Position numbers and translations under genes: made by a program. A DNA stretch of 64,000 bases from Methanobacteriota archaeon (GTDB lineage: Archaea; Thermoplasmatota; Poseidoniia; Poseidoniales; Thalassarchaeaceae). The stretch covers positions 49,007 through 113,006 of the forward strand of contig PBHZ01000002.1 in the NCBI GenBank assembly GCA_002719615.1, given 5' to 3'. How positions within the stretch are numbered: the stretch's first letter is position 1; each line of letters starts with the position of its first letter. A model generated the notes under the pieces. It worked only from the letters and a program-made list of their open reading frames with translations, was not told the DNA's origin and searched no databases. Shown here piece after piece: positions 12,301 to 18,621 of this stretch.

Positions 12301-12314
12301 AATTAGAAAATTAA
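3375..12314 (+). CDS. Giant surface protein (about 2980 aa): N-terminal TM/signal anchor, about 20 thrombospondin-type-3-like Ca-binding repeats, transglutaminase-like core, long beta-sandwich repeat region, TM helix, cytoplasmic DUF4129-like tail
   Basis: ORF is open from 3357 (TTG); the first ATG is 3375. DxDxDGxxDxxE repeats (DTDNDGLPDGWEWQYGLDP, DTDGDGIPDGWEVAYGLDP, and others). Transglutaminase-core-like GSCDEFTSLFTVMLRHAGMPTRKVTGF...WWSEVHL...GWIPFE. TM FGLGFILLVSLLVGVFILL followed by NRRK. Tail ...VREFELAIRLALPEI...LDRIFEEARYSSHAL resembles DUF4129. Confidence 0.85.
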   Translation: MDALFSKPDGEIQLRKSRSAVLFSMIMLGASLSALEFGIWEAMATTDQDGDGLSYGLEFFINTQPQDWDTDNDGLPDGWEWQYGLDPLSSSGDNGSTGDPDMDSLNNLNEYLYSIPSNWDFSGTPNVLDNGVWWNGTVPVSNWDEESAMQLLQGSGGDGADEDPKGNICTDTFDNDHDGLVDSFDDDNDGDADCSSDDDDGDGLIDEDVNGWDTDGDGIPDGWEVAYGLDPTSNSNMDGTFGDPDGDGLINLYEYVNPAWNTRNGSTFPPTQYFRPGPINMTFTTSPCNPVLDLGPGGCEIFTAEVDGITQTDPQNNDTDGDGLNDSYEALILLTDPTEVDTDGDGIFDGIEVNGLYGFPEQPSDPRDNNTDDDHLDDGEEDVNGNGIVDEGETDPTRIEDEGDIDNDGLQNWEENLTCTFWNVSDSDGGGINDGDELDFMRNTNPCISTIDLEFIILNWDSDVNSLQLNSTENINPNPIDWRQNDVPMAYYVLSSGNLTGFRFSSVVGDTLRGIDTDAPLGVTSIIITNGSWCWNATAGAVNDPHCDDDYPDLDSDGLADWEELEGTWGFISRINMTDSDGDGVDDLSEIQNSTDPLEPCHNLLDTDGDGLNNYFENNTGCRLSFGISPGNLTLDTYLTLWNQSDSDNGGVSDGQEYIDGTNPQNNPADDINPTDTDGDGIPDTIEQDIGTDWLDPDTDGGGIPDGQECPESFWSSNCVDSNTDPFNSSDDIVFNSLFFTASNLSDGADPNLKHYWRWHTYDSYTGVSWGVNSSLIGNSLILPPSNISQGISDPAFWNSSSATDWEILFDSGLMTPGIELIAPYNVFEFDSWTEFTAGLNYSNFTRDIIIDTSNIDSLFVSAPEVIFSDNIRENSTVFTASSYATDLPESYLSNAGQLVNNITQQVINDSGAVSAWDKILAIQDFIINGNDTVTFLRNHDGSSRPVGLDTDSDISHWILNSSFEGSCDEFTSLFTVMLRHAGMPTRKVTGFAGGDWDGKSFNVYGKDFTWWSEVHLQTNQNQGNLDMGWIPFEACPSMSLVEVENLSWYPDSIKRDLSGDNISVEGILQFVGNSSVAPNIDLSLYLISPSEISNIPGSASLDEYLVAITTTDENGLFNLSGLPSEVISPGYGSLVIQTSKKNYVGDQGISFSWTINITDDVNITIIEPLPVNQPMLGVGVNTTISGQMAWESNPKIDPTLVDNLELQLSYSTSLDGDVIISSEIGAGGYFEFIIPIQDNEPLGIITATLDFFGWHQDDLNNLSSPLYHANPKSITLPLNITPSPNMSISLESSNLNNSIIDINSFIYMNGTVLSRGLNPSAVNGTLSLDMRRSDLNGPYVNLKNWILNSSSWIGTPGDFEIEWFFNESEVPIPAGPVEVKFQFNADNLSATDQETFTDIYGIRSEINFNYTLSPDMRGAPIEVDVLLTDHTGTSLASFFGDYSLDFDGSQVWNLSDPITPRLSVEWTPSLDTVPGDYSWELYYNGSTWLKPSSISDQIRIRGRANVTTNIGSEWSQGGDLSNPNWISGVARDIILGTTIVGNNSSISLTLQVPSGFPPSPDGFPAAPTVYDLAFGWIDEQTGTYNLSFVMPGDVPSGVYDLRIDLDFSANPPAGGRYYQDNSVLLVNAGIQSKFLVTANDSFAIVVAGDNIELNATINDIADLSRLSNITVELYFDWGGPLENLLQVSQSNSDGIVSFSALIPSDTIPGYYEVRIFAPDDLTDNLDDENAGRWLNNESFVNLTVQVPSTIQIDSIPSEVTALQFFTVSGMVMDSVDSNRTIQGPVDIEIFFLDDPDEILISDFTTNNNGSFTVSVPTDVSGDGISSGLKTLIVSVVNASSPFYLTGTGDASILVRGITNFVDTIPLINTVVDRGNSILIGATLIEFSDNNKPLSDFTVSVKFHDTWLIENVTGEEGNVDFIFTIPNNHPLGVVNVTFFFNGSGTLHSTIKTINTITIRSPTFIEIYPILANPFPGDFFNITGSLISDNGSALINRQGTLLNPTLTFSIDGDFNTFTVSSISTDSEGNWSAEIRLDLSFPRGSHEIGVLFTPGVGYFSESTNNSLFDSKGYSSLSILSPSDLDPDSRTTRGESLSVNISIIDNSGLPVISVPFDISIEDVVLATGFTDSNGESSSIISIDSFTSPGPIKIDVSFSGINGTTGLLGDESWTRVVVLAPTIIEILEINGSFIAGEKITFSGTLTDEHGQSLFEGEENSGGILHLYIDNVDVGPLYTTQSNATTNFWNINYDVPSDIDYGQHSASLKFLGGFTWVDPMGQGDSLNPEYYLQSSADINFNISQLSQVIITTPTTEVDRNDLVLIEGQLTDKVGRAISNRSLQVFMNEQFVTDLNADENGEFNVFIPIPPDMDLGPQNVKIIFTGEQFILPSNSSTIFVVHGPVFPFVFTPSSAAVGDSLIIQGTVKDNLQNGWLSNHTIEILVDGVLMGITSSNSTGGWQFVWIVPESLDIGNHTLTAFSPEQGYHRQGMYDTNLTIAYHTEISLSVESSSVTRGGEWKFNGRLYEGDTPYQLGLENREITVSLDGVEIQKLLTNNDGSFIYNHSLGYQISRGIHDVEFSFEGELYYLSSETNISTFVRSDIQIEISPITHTIIRSSENQPIKIQGFVREIGGQFNVFENLTLNLYWGESNLPFRNDPWENSGTFNFQIISSAREFMNPGINILELVIQSDDSRFLNGDTIDIEVNVLVPVDFEFSNLDMSIGQRILKGSVNLTANDTGEPLSGIPMSALLLNGTTTHFSSTKLTDVDGKFIYEFKSLAPLPPLSDKSSWGDLHVQLSSDSNFIDPVSLSKLNLEGNLDIIYEVKSDNSFFQSTIFGLGFILLVSLLVGVFILLNRRKMSEMSEIAGIFNYASELLEAGDEVRAAIYECYQNLCEVFMRRGFLRRGFETVREFELAIRLALPEISENSLVSLDRIFEEARYSSHALGETDRQNAQHALSLVINELENLQEVPDRYENSEELEN
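3513..5510 (+). repeat. In-frame array of thrombospondin-type-3-like calcium-binding repeats (protein-level repeat, degenerate at DNA level)
   Basis: Recurrent D-x-D-x-D-G-x-x-D-x-x-E motifs from TDQDGDGLSYGLE to DPDTDGGGIPDGQE. Confidence 0.75.
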
Positions 12315-12806
12315 TCATTCTAAATACAATTCTAATAAATTATTGGCCCATTTTCCACCGGATATTTTCTGATTTTTGCCTATTTCAAAAGTTTCAATCA
12401 TGCCTCCAAAGATTTCTGGAGATAAAATTCTAACCAAATTTCCACTTTCACTCCTACAAGTTTCGACAATGATTTCTGTTGGAAATTCAGTCGCCAAAGG
12501 TAATTTAATGTTTGAATCCTCCAAAATACCTCCAATATCAGTTAAAAATAAATCTAAACTTCTATTTTCTCTTGATGCAATCTTGTCTCCTTCGATGGCA
12601 TCTGATATTTCTGACATCATAGTCATGTGGCTGATTTTTACTTCATCTAGATGAGGTATACTATTCAGAAAAGAATTATGCATTATTTCTGCTGTGACAT
12701 CTAGTCCGACATTGGATATATCAGGAATCGATTTCTGTGTATTCAAATCATCTTCAATCGATAATTCTAGCCTCATCCACTCCATATTATCATGCGTTCC
12801 AAACAT
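12315..12806 (-). CDS. Hypothetical acidic protein (163 aa), 10 nt downstream of and co-directional with the XPD helicase gene
   Basis: ORF on the same strand as XPD (the XPD stop lies at 12817-12819). No motif recognised. The antisense ORF 12376-12654 is low-complexity and judged a shadow. Confidence 0.55.
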   Translation of the reverse strand: MFGTHDNMEWMRLELSIEDDLNTQKSIPDISNVGLDVTAEIMHNSFLNSIPHLDEVKISHMTMMSEISDAIEGDKIASRENRSLDLFLTDIGGILEDSNIKLPLATEFPTEIIVETCRSESGNLVRILSPEIFGGMIETFEIGKNQKISGGKWANNLLELYLE

Positions 12807-12816
12807 CTAACTCGGA

Positions 12817-14892
12817 TTAACCCATTGTTTCATTGTTCTCTTTCGCCGGCTCGGGAAAATACTCAAAAAATGACTTTGTACGTTTACCAGTTCTTTCCGG
12901 ATTACTTACTTCTATAGTCTGTAAAGAGCTTGGCATACAAATTTTATAATTCCTTTGTAAAAGTCTATTCTCAAGAAGCACTACTAATGCCCTATCTTCT
13001 CCTTTCCGTATAGGCCTTCCAATCGCTTGCATTAAACTATTTACGGCTGGTTGCGAACTTGAATATCTCCATGCTAATGAATTTCCAAAGCGTTTTTCAT
13101 AATATTTTTTCAATGCATCTTGTTGGGCACTCGGAGGAGCCAAAGGTAGTCCAACACATATTACGGCTTGGAGTATATTATCGGGGTAGTCGACTCCCTC
13201 GGAGAACTTACCTCCCAATACTCCCATCAATACTCCTCTCTCTCCATTAGATTCTAATTCGTAGAGTGACTTTTTGCTGGTTTCTATTTCTCTTTTAGAC
13301 ATCGCCCTCTTCTCTTCGATTACTCTAATACTTGGCCATACCTGTGGCAACCAATCTTCTTCTAAAGCTCTAAATTTTTCCATCATGACATAGCTTGGGA
13401 AGAATAATGCTACGTTACCTTTTGAATTTTCAATAGTTGAAAAAATATGTTGATTTATCTTGTTCGTATTCGATAATCCTCTAGATGTAAACTTAGTTGT
13501 GACATCTCTTGCTATCAATATAGGTCTTCTATTAGATAGAAAATCAGATCTATATTCTTTAGTAATATTTTTCCTATCTTCAGGAATCTGTAATACATCC
13601 GAATACATCGAAGGAGGATACAAAGTTCCAGACATCAGTATAGAACCACTAGTTTGTTCAAATAACGGTCCACTGATTACTCCTGGGTCAAGTAAAAAAC
13701 TATGTACTCTTATTGGCTGTTCAGTATATTCTGATTTTTCTCTTCCCCTAGAAGGGATTCTATCAATAACTAGAGCCAATGCTGAATTATCTCTGTACTC
13801 TATGCATATTTCCAATAGATATGCTAGTCTAGAACATGCTGTTTCTTCTTCATCTTCGCCAAGTTCTTCTGGCACGATAACGTACAATAATTTTATCATT
13901 CTCTCCATTACTTCAAATTTTTTCGTATGGCCTGCATCAAGTGATTCCATTAAACTTTCATTTATTTTATTTAAAAACTCATTTGTTTCTATTTTCATAT
14001 CTTTCTTATCGCCTAATTCTTTTTCCTTTGTATCATACCACTTTTCCATATCTTTCTTAAGTTTGTTCAATTGTCTTTTTAGTGTCCTAATACCTTCTAA
14101 TTCTCCAAAATCGAATGTATTGTCTATGTCAGATTCATTAATCTCTTTTTCTTTGTACCCTAAATACTCGTTAGTCTCATCGTAAGCGTGTTGAAATGCT
14201 AGAGGTTGTAGAAATGTTTCTAAACCATTTCTGACTCTATCGGGCAAATTATGTGCCTCATCGACTATTAGAATAGAATTAGATAGCTCTATTCCCATCG
14301 ATGAGAGAGAAGATTTCATTACATTTTCAATAAATACGTGGTTATAATCACATACTATCACATCAGCATCTTTGGCAGAAATTCTTGCTGATGCCCATGC
14401 GCAGATTTCTTCATCTCTGCTCAATCTAATGACATCTTCAACATGCATTGGTTGTTCGAGTATCTTATTTACAAGTTTCATTCTATTGCTTCTTCTTGCC
14501 CTTTCTTCAATTCCGCCTTCACAGCTACATTCTCCAGTTATTGCATTTACATCGTAGCACATACTTTCTCTACCAATCATATCGGTCAATTTTATCTGTA
14601 ATTCATTACTCACCTTTTGATTAATTTTTTTTATCGTATCTACTACTATTTTGTGCTGTGATTGCCTTCCTGTTAGAAATAATATTTTCTTCCCATTTCT
14701 AGATTTATTCTTTATTTTAAGTGCTGCTGCGAGGGATGCAGCAGTTTTACCAATTCCTGTCGGGGCTGAAGCAATCAGAAATCCATTCTCTTCAAGTACA
14801 TTTATTGAGTCTAGTAACATCTCTTTTTGAGAATCTCGTAAGTCATCATGAGCAAAGAATTCACATGCAGATACCAAATCTTCCCCGCCCAT
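12817..14892 (-). CDS. xpd: XPD/Rad3-family (DinG-like) Fe-S DNA helicase
   Basis: Walker A ASAPTGIGKTAASL and DEAH box VDEAHNLPD. Four Cys in the Fe-S insertion (MCYD, GECSCEGG, EICAW). C-terminal helicase motifs QAIGRPIR. Length of 691 aa is typical. Confidence 0.9.
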   Translation of the reverse strand: MGGEDLVSACEFFAHDDLRDSQKEMLLDSINVLEENGFLIASAPTGIGKTAASLAAALKIKNKSRNGKKILFLTGRQSQHKIVVDTIKKINQKVSNELQIKLTDMIGRESMCYDVNAITGECSCEGGIEERARRSNRMKLVNKILEQPMHVEDVIRLSRDEEICAWASARISAKDADVIVCDYNHVFIENVMKSSLSSMGIELSNSILIVDEAHNLPDRVRNGLETFLQPLAFQHAYDETNEYLGYKEKEINESDIDNTFDFGELEGIRTLKRQLNKLKKDMEKWYDTKEKELGDKKDMKIETNEFLNKINESLMESLDAGHTKKFEVMERMIKLLYVIVPEELGEDEEETACSRLAYLLEICIEYRDNSALALVIDRIPSRGREKSEYTEQPIRVHSFLLDPGVISGPLFEQTSGSILMSGTLYPPSMYSDVLQIPEDRKNITKEYRSDFLSNRRPILIARDVTTKFTSRGLSNTNKINQHIFSTIENSKGNVALFFPSYVMMEKFRALEEDWLPQVWPSIRVIEEKRAMSKREIETSKKSLYELESNGERGVLMGVLGGKFSEGVDYPDNILQAVICVGLPLAPPSAQQDALKKYYEKRFGNSLAWRYSSSQPAVNSLMQAIGRPIRKGEDRALVVLLENRLLQRNYKICMPSSLQTIEVSNPERTGKRTKSFFEYFPEPAKENNETMG

Positions 14893-14973
14893 AGAAAGCG
14901 TCTGAAAATAGAACGACCAAGAAGATTGGCTTTATATTTTTTAAAATTAGTCATTCTGAGTTAATTTGTAGGG

Positions 14974-14996
14974 GCCTCGTGTGTGTGGCACGAGGC
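14974..14996. other. Perfect 8-bp GC-rich hairpin (GCCTCGTG-tgtgtgg-CACGAGGC) in the XPD upstream / small-ORF downstream spacer
   Basis: Read directly from the sequence. It is strongly GC-rich against an AT-rich background and lies 20 nt 3' of the stop of the minus-strand ORF 15016-15261. Confidence 0.5.
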
Positions 14997-15015
14997 GGTG
15001 TGTGTAGAATTGTAT

Positions 15016-15261
15016 TTACTGATTCCTCTCAGAAAATTTTGATCTTCTTGATAATCCATTAAATATTCTTGTGTTTCTATATTCTATTCCTCTTGGGAAT
15101 CTAGGAGCTTCTTTGGCATTATAGCCTACCGCGTTGGATAGTCTTGCTCTATGAGCAACTCCTCTGAAACCTCTTGTAAATTTATCTACTGAATTTGGGG
15201 TATTGGCGAGGGGGTTTTGAGGCCCCCCCGCATTTTTTGTGTGCATCCCATCCTCGCCCAT
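15016..15261 (-). CDS. Possible small Arg/Gly/Asn-rich basic protein (81 aa), translationally coupled to the upstream RHH gene. Alternatively this segment is a structured ncRNA.
   Basis: ATG sits 8 nt after the RHH stop and is preceded by GGTGAGAGA (SD-like, as upstream of several other genes here). The product is low-complexity with no recognisable fold, and the region holds several GC-rich stems. Confidence 0.35.
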   Translation of the reverse strand: MGEDGMHTKNAGGPQNPLANTPNSVDKFTRGFRGVAHRARLSNAVGYNAKEAPRFPRGIEYRNTRIFNGLSRRSKFSERNQ

Positions 15262-15269
15262 TCTCTCAC

Positions 15270-15653
15270 CTATTGAGCGTTTGATTCGCTATCATATCTT
15301 ATCTGAATTTCTTTCATTCTGGAAGAAAGTAACCTATCTACAGTTTCACCTTCAATAGTCTCACGTCTAATTAATTCCTTAGCTCCTTGTTTTAACACAG
15401 ATTCTGGTAATTCTCCATGTATTTTACAGAAATCTTTCATTCTAACTGACAAATCTGGCCCCAGATTAACCTCTACTTTAGTTCCCAAAGAGGGCAAAGG
15501 ATTTGTAATATATTTTTTTATTGCTTCTCTTATCACATCAGATCTGTTTCTAGTACCTTCTAAACCAATTCTTTGGTCTAACTCTAGTAGGAAATCTTCC
15601 GGTATTCTTAGCGATACCATCGGACTGTTACCTGACATGCGAGATGACTTCAT
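15270..15653 (-). CDS. Ribbon-helix-helix (CopG/MetJ-type) DNA-binding protein, apparently with two tandem RHH units
   Basis: MVSLRIPEDFLLELDQRI...RSDVIREAIKKYI is a classic RHH. A second RHH-like unit follows: VEVNLGPDLSVRMKDFCKIHGELPESVLKQGAKELIRRE. The ORF is open to 15716, but the extra N-terminus looks non-native, so I prefer Met at 15653 (or 15638). Confidence 0.7.
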   Translation of the reverse strand: MKSSRMSGNSPMVSLRIPEDFLLELDQRIGLEGTRNRSDVIREAIKKYITNPLPSLGTKVEVNLGPDLSVRMKDFCKIHGELPESVLKQGAKELIRRETIEGETVDRLLSSRMKEIQIRYDSESNAQ

Positions 15654-15804
15654 TGAATATGCCAAAAAGCATAATAGATATAAATGTAATGCAATTGAAG
15701 TGCATTTGAAATACAAATTATGATAATTTTAAATTTAATATTATTATTTTGAGTTTATTTGAAATGGAGGGACTACCTGCCAAATATGGGAGAGAGGTTT
15801 TTTT

Positions 15805-17124
15805 ATGAAAATCATAAATGATACTATTCACGGGCAATTCAAACTTAATGGCGTCTGTCAAGAATTACTCAAAACACCTGAAATGAATAAACTTAGTCAT
15901 ATTAAACAATTAGGATTAGCCCATTTAGTCTTCCCGGGGGCTCATCATACGCGTTTTGAACATTCTCTGGGAGTTTCTCATGTAGCAGGTATGATGGCTG
16001 ATCAATTAAAATTAGATAGTCACGAGAAGTTAACTGTACAAGTAGCAGGTATGTTACATGATGTTGGGCATGGCCCATATTCGCATACATTAGAACACAT
16101 ATTACATGAAAGAGGAGGGTTAGATCACATGTCAATCACTGAAGGAATTATTTTAGGAAATTACGATATAATTAGAGATACTGAATCTTCCACTCAAAAT
16201 GACAGAATTCTTGTTCCAGATATTCTTGAAAAAAATAATCTCGACCCCAAAGAAGTAGCCAATCTAATTAGGGGTCCAAATGCGGGCGGAACTGAAAGAT
16301 CGTTACTTTCTTGGTCCGAAGGTAAAGAAGATTTCATTCATACTGATAATACCCTTGCTCACTTAGTTCATGGTTCAGTAGACTGTGATCAAATAGATTA
16401 TTTGTTGAGAGATTCTCACTTTACTGGAGTAAAACATGGTGTGATTGATCACAGAAGATTGATATCAAGTATGACCAGGAGAGGAGGAGATATATCGATT
16501 AAAGAAGGCGGCCTGACTTCACTGGAAGGAATGTTAATGGCCAGAGGATTAATGTATAGTTCTGTATATTTTCATAGGGTTACTCGAGTCACTGAAGTGA
16601 TGTTGTCTAGTGCTGTTGAAAGGAGCATAGACGATCTACCAGAACCAGTTGAAATGCAAAGATTTGTTGATTCCGAAGTATGGAGTGCTCTAAATGAAGC
16701 AAATAATTATTCTAGAGATGTTATTTGTCGGTTCAAGTATCGAAATTTAATGAAAGTATGTATTAGCAGAAGGCGTCAAGAACTCTCCGAAGATCAAGTA
16801 TCTAGATTAGTTGAAATGGCAAATGATTCCTCGAAAAGACGTATTTTTGAAGATGATATTGCTCACAGGGCTGGACTATCTCCAGGATATGTATCTATTG
16901 ATATGCCAAGTGTAAAACTTCTTCTTTCGGAGCCTAGAATGTCAAAAGTTGACATAAAGATAGTAGGAGAAGATGGAAAAATACGTTGGTTTAGGGAACA
17001 TACTCCTATTGCAGAAGCTTTGAGAAATCGTCAAGTAAGCCAATCAGCAGTTTATGTTATGACAATACCCAGTCACAAAGATATAGTTTCTAATTTAATT
17101 GAGAGCCACCTGTTTAATTCTTAG
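15805..17124 (+). CDS. HD-domain phosphohydrolase (dNTP triphosphohydrolase / SAMHD1-like, COG1078-type)
   Basis: HTRFEHSLGVSHV, LHDVGHGPYSH and DCDQIDYLLRDSHFTGV motifs appear in canonical order. Confidence 0.85.
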   Translation: MKIINDTIHGQFKLNGVCQELLKTPEMNKLSHIKQLGLAHLVFPGAHHTRFEHSLGVSHVAGMMADQLKLDSHEKLTVQVAGMLHDVGHGPYSHTLEHILHERGGLDHMSITEGIILGNYDIIRDTESSTQNDRILVPDILEKNNLDPKEVANLIRGPNAGGTERSLLSWSEGKEDFIHTDNTLAHLVHGSVDCDQIDYLLRDSHFTGVKHGVIDHRRLISSMTRRGGDISIKEGGLTSLEGMLMARGLMYSSVYFHRVTRVTEVMLSSAVERSIDDLPEPVEMQRFVDSEVWSALNEANNYSRDVICRFKYRNLMKVCISRRRQELSEDQVSRLVEMANDSSKRRIFEDDIAHRAGLSPGYVSIDMPSVKLLLSEPRMSKVDIKIVGEDGKIRWFREHTPIAEALRNRQVSQSAVYVMTIPSHKDIVSNLIESHLFNS

Positions 17125-17186
17125 TAACTAGAATTACCATAGACATCTAATTAATTAAGGGACATTATTCAAAAGGAGTAGATTAG

Positions 17187-18596
<1,410 letters not shown>

Positions 18597-18621
18597 ATTC
18601 AGTATGCTTCATATAATTTCA

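Noticed and set aside
13460-14185. 241-aa ORF on the plus strand inside the XPD gene
   Set aside because: It is fully antisense to a well-supported helicase CDS. Its product is low-complexity (Ser/Ile/Phe/Leu-rich) as expected for a shadow ORF in AT-rich DNA, and it has no start context.
14971-15260. Tested whether the GC-rich structured segment is SRP (7S) RNA or RNase P RNA
   Set aside because: On neither strand could I find the helix-8 AGGnCCGGAAGGnAGCA-type SRP motif or the RNase P CR-I GAGGAAAGUCC motif in a sensible position. It is kept only as an unclassified candidate (see findings).
15805-17124. HD-domain dNTPase as an anti-phage dGTPase defence gene
   Set aside because: This HD family (HxxEHS...HDxGHxPxSH...DxxDYxxRD) is a broadly conserved archaeal housekeeping group. 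There are no flanking defence or mobile genes.
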